A stretch of 64,000 bases of DNA from Antedon mediterranea (Eukaryota; Animalia; Echinodermata): NCBI RefSeq assembly GCF_964355755.1, contig NC_092675.1:17332912-17396911 (forward strand), read 5' to 3'. Position 1 is the stretch's first letter; every line of letters begins with the position of its first letter. Below are positions 49,595 through 62,577 of the stretch, in pieces. The notes beneath the pieces are model-generated. The model saw only the letters and a list, made by a program, of their open reading frames with translations, did not search any database and was not told the origin of the DNA. Position numbers and translations under genes: made by a program.

Positions 49595-52500
49595 AGTTAA
49601 TTTTTTGTTTTTCATTTTTTATTTTCATTTTTAAATATCGAAAAATACAAAATTATATATTTTTACCAAATTATACTAGCTAAAATGCATTTCTGATATT
49701 TTAAAAACATTTTCTTTTAAAATTCAAACACCACGAATGTGTGTGAACACGGTTCATACAGCAGGGTCTGAATGCATCATTACCGTAATACTACACTACT
49801 AGACTAAATACAGTATAGTATTAGTACGGTATACAAAAAACATTACCAGTTTTGTTAAATTGCATATTAAATCTGTCGTTGGAATAGTAATTATTAGTTA
49901 TATTTAATTCATGTCAGTTAATTTGTTTAAAAAATACTTATGTGTTATTTTCGGTGTTTTTTAAGCCCTCAAAAGTAACGTCGGTGATTCAGATAATTAA
50001 CCCATCATTTTTCAGTACCATACAGGAAAATCAGTTATTTTCCTAATCGAAAGTCTGCATAAAGTAAGTACTAAAACCTTAGTATTTCCTTAAGCTGTTA
50101 GGCCTAAAAGGTGACTTGCATTTGTGTGAACTGTCAAAAATCCCATCCGACGTCAATATATAAATCATTAAAATAAGTACCTTTAATAAGGTTTCCAGAA
50201 AAAATAAAAGAATTAAACAAGGAATCAATACAGCTATCAATACAGAGGCCTATTATTTGTATTGTACTAATGAAATAATAGACCTCCGCCTCACATGAAA
50301 GTCATGGATAAATTTCTGATGCCTGGAACACAGCCGAAAAATGAACTTTGTTTAGAGTAGTTAATTGAGGGTCAAAACTTGAAGGGTAAATGGCTAATGT
50401 ATGCACTGTAAATCATTAAATTATCATTATGATAAGATTTTATTCTCTATATTAATATTGACATACGTGTGTATCTGGTACGGTACGTGACAGTACGTAA
50501 CAATGCAGGCTGCGGTATACCTAACTGTATAGAGATTCAACAAGCCGTTTATACAACAAAAGAAAGGATTGACATTCTTCGTATTGTTTGAGTTTCGCCT
50601 CATTACCACTCGATTCTAACCGTATTGGCATTAAACACGATTAAACAGAATACCTTGATTTCCGTTTTCTCAATGACTGGGTTCTAGCTTTGATCTGCTG
50701 CATTTCAGGTACCGTGGGTACCACATAACGATCGACAAGGCTTAATTTCTGTTTGTAAAACGATAATTTTGTTTTTGCAAATCCTACTTTGTCTATTCAT
50801 AGACGGTACAGATGTTAGATATTTTTACAGATTTAATTTTTCTTATAGACTTATCATAATATATCCTTAGGCCTTTAATGAATTAATTGTTTAATAATGT
50901 ACTGGTAAATCTTTTGATAAAAAAATTATAGAGAACGTGTGGTCTACAGTATTCACACGTGACCCTTCCTTTATGTACCACCCTCCATGGTCCATTGATA
51001 TCTCAAATTATAGCCCTACCCTCCCTATCCCTTATCCTACCCATCTCCCCCACTCAAAAATAAACTCCGAAACCAATGGAACCAACCAGGAACCAAACTC
51101 TTATATAGAGTGATCACGTTAAACATGGAGGAAAGTTGATCGATGATATTGGGAAAGGGGTGAAACTGCGGCTATGAAGTAGTCCTCTGTGATCCCGTCT
51201 GTGATACAAACCCTCTGGATCAGCCTGTGATTTAACTTTAACTTGGCCTAGTCATGAGGCTTGTCTTCTCAGAACGCTTTGAGTTGAATGTGTGCTCTCA
51301 TTGTTCACGTAATAATAAATCCCTAGTTCAGAATTAGTAGTTATTTATAATGAAATATCAGCTCTTGGAAAATCCTGCAAGTAACGGAATGAGTCAGTTA
51401 TACCATACCATACCATAGGTGCCAACAGCTCTTGTACTGTATAAGTATATTGAAAATGAGTCACAATTCACTAATGTTGTGGAAATATTCCATCTTATGT
51501 GATGGAAATAATGCCATATTACCAAAATATGTGTAATGGGTTACTATTATGCCTAGTTGTTGCTTTGCGTGTTATTGGTGTACGTTGATCTTAATTGGCA
51601 CACTCAAAGTTATATATTATATTATGTTGTTTTAATTGTTGCTGAAATAGATAAATAAAACCCCTGTTGATCTATGAAGGACTAAGCAGTTTATTTAAGC
51701 TGAGATGTATACGAGTCGTTAATTTGGGTTTCGTCCAATCGAAATATCATGATTGCAGATACTGCGGTTTTTATGAAAATGAATTTATGATTTCAAATTT
51801 CCTCAGCACGTCTAGTTAGACATAATATTTTCAATTTTGTAAAAGTGACTAGGCCTATTCATTTCTATCTTTGAAAGAAAGTGAATGCTAATGTTTGATT
51901 AATTGACTGATTGATAAGCCTTTAATCTGTAAAACCCTCCGCAGATATTAATTTGCAAATGGCACGGGCATTTTCTGTACATGGCAGTTCAAAGTCAAGT
52001 TCGATAAAAAAAAAAATGTGTAATTGTCTAAAGTAATTTTAATTAACATGTTGCTAGTAATCACCAGTTCCCGACTTCCTTTTTAAACAAATAATAAAAT
52101 TGATTATTTACTAATGGAAGTCGGCAATATTTTAACACGTCAACAAGTAGACAAAAGAAAACTCATAAATAAAAATCCTAATATTTAGTTATCTCTCAAT
52201 TGATGGGTAATTACAGTAATTGAAATAGTGTCATGTACGGATGGGCTTCATTATTTATAGACAGATCCGATTTTAGGCCTATACATAAATGTACCAATTC
52301 GGTAGTAACCACAATTTTGCGGTGATTATGGTGTAGTGTCTGATCTCACCGCCAGGAGCCAGGGAGCTAAACAATAGTTTGAGATTAGGGAAATTGTTTG
52401 GTTATTTGATCAATATTGCTAATTAAACCATTTCCATGATCAAGTTTTGCTGTTGCTCAGCAGTTTTTCTTCTTCTTTATTGGCATAACAAATTCTATAC

Positions 52501-53469
52501 AGTATTAAATTATAGGAACATTCACTGTATACCCGTAATGTGATGCTATATTACAGAATTTGCCTATACATTACTAGACCATCGACAGAGTACCGGGTCG
52601 AATATTGCGATTTTATACGACATTTATTTTGTAATAGCGTATTAGAGAAATGGGACGTGAAAGAACGTGTCTTTTTAGGGACGTGATCTTAAATTCAAAC
52701 CAAAGATATTAGGAAATAAGGTTTGGTATACGGTCTATAAAAAAATAGGCCTATATCAATAATTAACTGGAGTATGATATGTTTCAATAAGTTGAGATTA
52801 GTTATTTAAAACACGATGAAATGATTAACACAACATACGATACTTAGTCACTTTAGGAACACAATTAAGAAAATATTTAAATATTTTTGTGCAGAGAAGA
52901 ATTACAAGTGCACTATTTTATGATGGTATAATCGTGAATTAAATATCCTCATCATCAAGGCTATTTGTCTATTTGTATTCAGTGAGTAATGATAACGACT
53001 ATTTATCGGATTTGTTTTTAATAATTATTTCATGACTTTGCAGTCTAATATCGACTATTTTTCTTTGGCCTAAAAAGGTGATTTTGACAGTGCGTAGGCA
53101 CGTGAATGAATGATAAACAAACAACAATACACAGGTACCTAGCTACACCGTACCTGTCAAAATCGTATGATTATCAAACAGGAAATACTATTGTTTTATT
53201 GCCTTCGTGAAATTAATAGAGATAATTTGCAAATAAAAGATATAACTATAAATGTTTGTGATTATTATTTACACACACAAAAAAATCATAATTATCACGT
53301 AATTGGCTAAATTCAGGCCCTATGGAACATAATAGGGAACTATACTGAATATACGGAACTACACTGAACATATGCCAAACTATACGGAACATTCTAGAAC
53401 ACAATTTATAATTTTGTTCCTTTTATTATTATTATTACAGTATAAATATTATTATTATTGTTATATAAA

Positions 53470-53665
53470 TCCAAAGGTAAAATACTGAAAAAATACAATG
53501 CTGTGGGTATCTGTGGCTGGATCTCAATGGAGATACAACAAAAAAGAAGCGAAAAGCTAAATCAAAACGATAAAGTAAAACAGCCAGAAAAGTTAGCAGA
53601 GCTTTCGGGCAACACTAGCATTTCATCAGTGCAAAAAAATATATTTTTTAAATATATATATATTT
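53470..53665 (-). mobile_element. PLE pseudo-LTR copy with a degenerate hammerhead (53597-53631)
   Basis: Reverse complement of 25261-25390. Core CUGAUGA/GAAAGCUC is intact but stem II is mutated (aaugc for agggc). Adjacent to (TA)n. Confidence 0.75.
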
Positions 53666-54139
53666 GAAAAAAAATAATTTTAGAACTAAACTGTTGTTAG
53701 TTAAAATATTTGCATAAGCTCTTTTGCATTTGCAATGGTGGATGTCAACAGTCGAATTACAGCCAGATATTAAAAAATACAAAATCAACACTTTATACAT
53801 CATTACAAAATACCGCATTTTTAGTCTTGAATAAATATTAGTAGCACTATTTATAAAATAACATTGAGATATATTAATAGTAATTATATGCGCTGATAAA
53901 GTATAAACAATTGATAAATAAATAACATTTATAATATATTAAATTTAATATGATTCCTTATTGTAATTATGTAATAAGCTTAATCATATTTTATTTTGAT
54001 AGCGTTTTAAAGTTTATTCCTAGCTCATAAGATTGTGTTGTTATCGTATTTAACAAAATGAAATCCTTCCTATAAATCAACAGACTTCTGCAGCTTGAGA
54101 TCCGAACATCCCCGACAGTTACATTCGATCGAATGGTAT

Positions 54140-54570
54140 GTGAGTCACGAACACTCTCCGCTTATATAGCCGGTTAAAAATAGACGGAAGGACCCGGCTG
54201 ATAAATAGAAATATTTTTCTTTTCCACTAGACTGAACTAGCGGCGACCTCTATCCGTGAACCCTCGTCAGACTTAACCAGCTTACGTCATTTACTTCATT
54301 TCTAAATGAATCGGAAATCGTTTGTAAACACGGCTTTTGTTACACTTTTGTTATGCCAATGTTTATTCATGTATATTCAATATCGTCATAGCAACAGCAA
54401 TTTGCCGCGTCAGCTCAGGATACTCCGAGAGCAGAAGTACTATGAGAGCTAACAGCAGAATATCTTCGGGTTTATATACCATCTAAATATAGCACTCGAA
54501 TCTCATTGGCTAACGCTACTAGATCGACCATGATTGGTCGATGGTTTATGAGTACAGTATGGCTATAACT
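54140..54570 (+). promoter_or_regulatory. KLF2/4 proximal promoter motif cluster
   Basis: MEF2 consensus TTAAAAATAG (54174-54183) and CTAAATATAG (54483-54492). AP-1 TGAGTCA (54141), CRE-like TTACGTCA (54282), forkhead GTAAACA (54324), inverted CCAAT boxes (54505, 54533). Confidence 0.6.
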
Positions 54571-54667
54571 ACTGTCGAACATGTTTTGAACACATTGTAC
54601 ACGATTTCTCATGAGTTTACCTCTTTGAATCTAATATTTTTACAATTTCTAGCAAATAAAACAAAAA

Positions 54668-54742
54668 ATGGCTGCACTTATTTGTGAAATGCCTTCAGCA
54701 TTCAGTACAGGAATATCAGACTTCGACATGAGCATGATGAAT
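54668..54742 (+). CDS. KLF2/4: KLF1/2/4 exon 1
   Basis: aaaATGg start. Translates MAALICEMPSAFSTGISDFDMSMMN, followed by a gtaagt donor in phase 0. Confidence 0.8.
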
Positions 54743-55223
54743 GTAAGTTTTTACTTTTTTTATGTATATTTTATTGTAAGAATTCATTTTATATACTATT
54801 ACTAGTTAGTATAGTGTATACCGATGCCAAGGTATCATCTTTGACATCAGTTTTATCCTAGTTATACTTTACATACTACACATGTGTTGTCAAATCAACC
54901 TTACAATCCCTTTTCAATATTTGACACTTTAGGACTATGGGGATGTGTTTTAATAGAACATTCAATTGGGGGAATAACTGTTGCAAATGTGATTAAGTGC
55001 CTTCCCAGTGGATCATTTCTTTGAAACAAACAATAAAACAAGCTTACAATTGACTTGCTATTTTATAATTAAGTGCATTGTTCTCTGTAAAGTACGTGTT
55101 TGCTTTTTTACGTCATGTGGCTGGCCATGCCTTTAACTTAATTTAAATACACTAGTATTATTATAATGAGTTTAGCACGTGATTGGTTGTTCACCTGTAC
55201 CTTAAATTCCAACAAGGCTTTAG

Positions 55224-56324
<1,101 letters not shown>

Positions 56325-57925
56325 ACATTTTATGCAACTCGGACATAAGTCTGAAAGCGTTTCATTTTAACCTATTTTGGCACTTTTAACTAAAGTCACT
56401 TGTGACATTATAAATGTTAAAGATGTAATGCCTTTTGTGCAAACATTAGTTGCCATAGGTGTCGTGTTACACGCACAAAAACGACGAAATTAAATGCCTC
56501 TGCCAACTGACCAGACAAGCCCTGTTGCAGGGCTTGGGTAACGGCAAGATGAGGTCCATAGGTGCTATTTGTTAAACATTAAAAATCAAGCATAATTTTT
56601 AAAAAAATGTTTGCCAATTTTAATTAAACTTTGAGTAGGCCTAAAATGTTCCAGTGAACTATTTGTATGTGTTTGATCAATTTCTAAGGATTTTGTTTTC
56701 TAAGGATTGTGTTTTAACATCGTAATGTATTGTGATAGCATCATTTAGGTGGAACAATTTTGAATTTAAGGAGGTGCTTTAAGCACATGTACACACATTT
56801 AACAACGTGTAAAGTTTTTATAACTCGTTTTCCTAAGGGAAGTTTAAACCTAAAGTCGACAAATTCGGTTGCGGTTTTGCTTAATAGATGATCGTGGGTT
56901 AGGTATTAACTCGTAGTTTATTTAGCAACGTAGACTTGTATGTAGAATAATGTGCAATCTTATTGGGGTAGGTGTTTTGATAATTTTTTAATCTAAAATC
57001 ACCGGGCTGGTCCCCTCACCGAGTTGGCACAACTCAATTACCGAATCTTCCGGATAAAACTCGTTTGAAATAAATTTAAATATTAAATGAATTCCTTGTA
57101 AATATAAAGAATTTTATATCAACGTGCTATTATCTGCACAATTATTTTTATATGTTTCGATAAAGTACTTATAATATTAATGTTTCATGATTGCACTCGC
57201 AAATACTGTATTAATTTGTTGCATTTTGTGAATTTATGTTTTATTCTTTATATTTGTGGTTTTCTGTGGTTTACAAACGATAAACAACGATCAATAAATA
57301 AAACAAAACACAATAAGTTAATGTTTTCTCGAATTTATTTCAGTATATTATTAATTAAATGTGAGCAATGAGAGGTGAAAGAATGCGTTTGAAATACTGT
57401 ATTGACTTTCAGCGTTTGACGATGACTTTGAAAAAATATATACCCCTATTATATTTTTGCTGTAGCTTGTATGAAGAAAAACCCACATTGATGTGTTTTC
57501 CACAATCATGCAACCAAAATCTGTCTTATAGGCCCTAACCCTAACAATGTCAAAACTATTAATGATAGCCTAATGATTTGCCACAAAAATCAGGTGACTA
57601 ACTATAACTATAAATATCCATTAAAAAAATATCGCAAAGTATTCTGATTGAACAAAAACGTTTTCCTTCGTGGTATCGATAAACAGGGAAAACACAATAA
57701 TATAAAGTAGGCCTGCTGTAATTTTACAGACTGGGCAATGCAATGGTCAGATACGGCTCTTTAAAAAATGATTGGTCAACAAACACTGATTTCCCGTGAT
57801 TTCCAGGTACGACGTCCGTATAGTACTCTTCTATGATAATAGGCCTAATCATAAGGAGTTACGTGGTGGTACCTCATTTTTACTTGGAAATTAAGACAAA
57901 CGGGATACAGAACAGTAGGATAAAC

Positions 57926-57950
57926 CAGGGAGTTATTTTACAACTCCCTG
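57926..57950. other. 25-bp palindrome with perfect 7-bp flanking direct repeat (candidate excision footprint)
   Basis: gataaac|cagggagttattttacaactccctg|gataaac, with the same termini as 19224-19259. Confidence 0.7.
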
Positions 57951-58406
57951 GATAAACTGAATGAAAATCAGGCAAATATCACGGTTCATTGCATTTTGAT
58001 TGTTTTAGTATGCCAGGGAGACTCACTGATTAGGCCTAATAGTAATACACTGTATGGGGTTCAGGGTCCATAAGAACGGTACCTGGACCACAGCGCTACT
58101 AAATACCGGAAGTTATCAATAGATAAGACAGGTGTTATAATCCATCGGAAACGCTCTAATTTTCCCATACTATTTTTTTTCGTGGAACCATGTTTTGTTG
58201 ATATCTCCATGTAGGCCTGCATGACTATTCATTAATAATACCTAATAATTCTGTATATATTATTGGTTTGGGTTAATTTTTAATTTTTGCATAAAAAGGA
58301 TATATAAAAATACAACAAAAAAAAGAAGCAAGGAACAAACAAACAAAAAACACCCAGATAAACAAACACCACCAGGCAAAGACAGAATTACTAAAAAGTG
58401 AACCTA

Positions 58407-58465
<59 letters not shown>

Positions 58466-58468
58466 AAA

Positions 58469-59013
58469 TCAGGCACAGAACATTAATTCTAAACCGCCCG
58501 GTGATATACTGAAATTTAATTAATTAATTTGAAACGATAAAGATGAGGAAATCTGTGAGAATGAGAAAAAGTCGCCCCAACCGAGGCTCGAACTCGGACC
58601 GCCTGCTTGATATGCAGATGTCCTAACCATTAGACCACTGGGGCTTTCATGGTATTGTTCGAACTCGATTGGATAGCGACTCTTTAACATTCTCGGCGTG
58701 GTACGGCGGAACAGCACTAGTCCTCAGTTGTACGCACGCGCACCAGAGATCAAATTGATACGCCCTCATCTTACAGTATTTTTATTTACGAGGCGGGAAC
58801 TCAGAAGAGATACTTTTTTATATATATATATAATCACAAGAGGCAAAGAACATTAATTCTAAACCGCCCGGTGATATACTGAAATTGAATTAATTAATTT
58901 GAAACGATAAAGATGAGGAAACCGAGACTCGAACTCGGACCGCCTGCTTGATATGCAGATGTCCTAACCATTAGACCACTGGGGCTTTCATGGTATTGTT
59001 CGAACTCGATTGG
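58469..59013 (-). repeat. tRNA-containing repeat family T, ~1.5 tandem units between (TA)n tracts
   Basis: Unit start ...cagaacattaattctaaaccgcccgg recurs at ~58475 and ~58845. A further decayed copy lies at ~60808-60885. Confidence 0.85.
58573..58644 (-). tRNA. tRNA-like cloverleaf with anticodon AUC (Asp); repeat-borne, function unknown
   Basis: GCCCCAG TG GTCT-AATGGTTA-GGAC A TCTGC-ATATCAA-GCAGG CGGT CCGAG-TTCGAGC-CTCGG TTGGGGC G, followed by acTTTTT. Confidence 0.6.
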
Positions 59014-59033
59014 TATATATATATATATATAAT

Positions 59034-59150
59034 ATGAAGGGCTATAGTGTTGCCAGAAAGCTCTGCTAACTTTTCTGGCTGTTTTACTTTATCGTTTTGA
59101 TTTAGCTTTTCGCTTTTTTTGTGTCTTCATTGAAATCTAGCCACTCATAA
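59034..59150 (+). mobile_element. PLE pseudo-LTR copy with a 5'-truncated hammerhead
   Basis: atgaagggctatagtgttgccagaaagctctgctaacttttctggctg matches 25266-25330. Begins directly after (TA)n. Confidence 0.75.
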
Positions 59151-59183
59151 TCGTGGGTGAAAATCTGTTATGATACCATATAT

Positions 59184-59244
59184 GGCTCTGTGGTCTAGTG
59201 GTGTGATACTCGCCCTGAAAGCGAGAGGTTGCAGGTTCGAATCA
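59184..59244 (+). mobile_element. tRNA-derived head (SINE-like fragment)
   Basis: A box tggtctagtgg and B box ggttcgaatc. No 3' acceptor strand. Confidence 0.6.
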
Positions 59245-62200
59245 AGTCAAGAAAACAGTTTTTCATACAACTAAAAAATACGGAACTTTCGCCAATATGA
59301 GATCATAATTATATATATATATATAAATCAATTGTGCTGCGTGACACTGTAAATTATATATAAATCGGAACTTTCGCCAATGAGCTATGCTCGACGCGAT
59401 TATAAGATTCCGAATATGAGCAATGTTTCTATAATTGACAGTATGATATATTATATTAATTAATGATAAACATTAAACAATTTGAATAAAATACTATAAG
59501 TAAATATGATACGCAATACATTAGAAATAGACCCTATCAATAAATTGCAAATATAAAAACATGATTCCCAACAGGTATTGATTGGAACTCAGTACTTGGT
59601 TAAATTAATCAACGATTTAACTAAGAAATAGACGAGAAAATACAAATGAAGAAATCAAATACAATAAATTCCTGCTTATTTATTTGGGATATCACACATT
59701 CTTGTTTTCGATGATAACAATTACCGTACCTATATAACAATAGTTATTGTATTAGAAATGTCTATTGACGTTGATGGTTTCACCATGCATGTCCACGCCG
59801 TCACAACGTGACTTCCATTGCACCCACTGCTTCCGATTGACATTAAAAAAAATCAAGACATTTTATTATTCAAACTCAAAATGTTCATTTACATTAAAGA
59901 AAACCTAACTTTGTGTGAAAAAATATTGAACGATCGACCTCTTTTTTGTCCAAAATTGTAATCAATTTTTTTTCTATTTTTTTCAAAACGAAAATAGACA
60001 AAATAAAATTTAGATATACAGAAAAGTCTTCCCTATACGAACAAATGTAATTTTAATAAAAATAAAATAAAATTGAATTAAAATATCTAAAATTGGACTT
60101 GTAATTCATGAAAAAAAAAACATTGTAAAAAGCTAGAGATATTTGTTTTTATATTTGGTTTCGTTTTCATAGTGTAATTGTTTGATCATGAAGGAAATTA
60201 TAAAAATGTCTTCCATTCATCCACGCGTCTATCTATTTGATTGTCGGTATCGATTTCGTAATTCTGTAAAAAATTATTATACAATAAATCTATAGTATTT
60301 TACGCGTTTTTCTTTAAAAAATACTGTATAAAATACAATGAATTTTAAGTAGTCTTTTCAGCTGTCCTATAATAACATTTAATCCGATTACGTCAATATT
60401 GGTGCCAAGCACTAAATAATTATATCAAAAGAAACTTTCATTTACATTAAAGAATAGGTTCATAGATTGATACCATGATATTAAATGTAAAGTAAGCAAG
60501 ATAAACAAAGCATGTATTGTATCATGTACCTTATGTATTGTTATAAACTAACAATACGTATCACCATACTTATAAAATGACAAAAGATTGTCGTCATAAA
60601 TATAACAAGTAAAGATTAAGATTATATTGTTGGAATGAAGGATGTTTTTACTTTTTTAAAGGTAAAAATCACAATAATTATTCATAATTAACAATTTAAA
60701 CAAATAGTTTTTATAATTATATCACAGATCACTATGCTCGGTTAAGCTTTATACAGAATCCATTATTAAGTTCTGTATTATAATTAATTGTATTACATAT
60801 ATAAACACCAGGCACAGAACAAATTCTAAACCCCGGTGATATACTGAAAATGTGATGAGGAAACAAGAAAAAGTCGCCCCAAATATATACATATATAAAT
60901 ATTTTTTAAATCTAATTTGTTGCTTTTAGGCATGGTTTCTGAAAGTATCCATTTTTTATTTATAATTAAATCTTTATAGGACTTCTATAAATGAGAATTT
61001 CAGACAAACTTAATTTTGAGTTTAATTAGGTGATCATTTAACCTATTGTTATTGTATGAAATCTGTATTGGTTATCCGCCTCTTGTATAGTTGTAGTGTT
61101 TCTTCTTTAGTATATTCAGTTATTGATTTTTTAAATCTGCTTTTGAAATTAAAAAAAAATATCCTACATTTTGCCAAATTATGCCAACATTTGATTAGCG
61201 TTAATGTTAAGTGCTAAATCGGTTAAAATATGCACAAAAAAAAGCACAATTATCTACTAGATTTGGGCAACATTTTCACAGCACATACTTTTTTTAACGA
61301 GAAGTCAAAACAATACACTGAGAACACTTCTAACACGCCAACAGCAACGGGGAATCCACAAAATTTTAGGATTAAGCCAAATAGCCTGTTTTGCAATTAA
61401 AATCTCATTCTCGTAGGCGTGTTGAATATGCGTGTAATAGCGTGTTGTATAAACGCGTCCGATTGTTACAGTGTGATGCATTATCACAAAGGCTGGTAAC
61501 TTTGTAATTAGGCTAACAATATCCATCTGAAAACAATTGTTTTGTCTTGTGTGGATAGTCCCACTTTTATTTCTTCAACAATAAAATATTTCCATTTAAA
61601 TACATTATTTCATGTTTGTTTCTTTGTAACATTGTTACGTCGGTTATATAATAGGCCTATCGTTTTGTTTTGGTATGCTATGTACACAACAGACTGGTAC
61701 ATTTAAAATCATCCCTAAAAGCAGATGGTTAAAAAAAGTTGTGAAATACTCATTATATGATTATTTCCAATTTATTTGTAAATTCTGATTAGCTTCATCA
61801 TTATGTGTATAATGTTCCAAAAAATTGTACCGGTACTTGATTTTTTTCAACATAGTTCCCGGATTGAACATTTTTGGTTTGAGTTTTAAAATAATTTTTT
61901 AAACCACAACGAACAAACATCTGTCTATATAATTTATGTTTTGTTGTTGTGGGTTGCACTTTTATCCTGGATGTTACTTTATATATCCTTGATTTTTAAA
62001 ACGGTAATTTTATAAGTTCATGCTTTTGTTTGTAATATTTAAATGTCTAGTTTTCCCCCATGTAATCTTATCGCGGTGTGCTGCGTTGGTTGATTTTTAA
62101 TGAATTTTTAATTAGATTGTAACTGACAAAATCCAGAAGTAAATACCGTTAGTTTGCTGTTTATATTCATTTATATAATCCTATAGCCTACCACTTACCT

Positions 62201-62283
62201 ATTGAAGTCTAATTTAACACAGAAAGATTGAGGAATTTGAAGCTGCCAACTCAAGTCTCGACATTAGGGTTGGTGATTACCCT

Positions 62284-62577
62284 GCCAAAATACGCAAGAA
62301 TTTTGCAAAAATACGCTAATTGAGGGCGCTATGCTTTGCCAAAATACGCAAATCATGCCAAAATACGCAAATTGAGGGCGCTATGCTTTGCCAAAATACA
62401 GAGCCATATTTATATATATGGCTCTGCCAAAATACACAAATCATGCCAAAATACGCAAATCTGCTTTGCCAAAATACACTAATCATGCCAAAATACGCAA
62501 ATTGAGGGCGCTATGCTTTGCCAAAATACACAAATCATGCCAAAATACGCAAATCTGCTTTGCCAAAATACACAAAT
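62284..62577 (+). repeat. Tandem array of gccaaaatacgcaaat units with variable spacers
   Basis: About 13 copies of the motif, possibly subterminal repeats of a DNA transposon. Confidence 0.85.
62399..62426. other. 28-bp palindrome with 8-bp flanking direct repeat (candidate excision footprint)
   Basis: ccaaaata|cagagccatatttatatatatggctctg|ccaaaata, with the same termini as the element at 36066-36510. Confidence 0.75.

Noticed and set aside
49486-49683. 65-aa ORF
   Set aside because: It overlaps the tRNA-Lys gene and is spurious.
53320-53400. Short ~10-bp ggaactatac repeats
   Set aside because: Degenerate low-complexity repeat with no assignable structure.
57533-57544. ccctaaccctaa telomere-like motif
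   Set aside because: Only two units, which is not significant.
59180-59190. atatggctctg matching the P-like element end
   Set aside because: Better explained as the start of the tRNA-derived head. There is no partner end or duplication.
62284-62577. Repeat-spacer pattern resembling a CRISPR array
   Set aside because: The spacers are short and themselves repeated, the context is eukaryotic and there are no cas genes.
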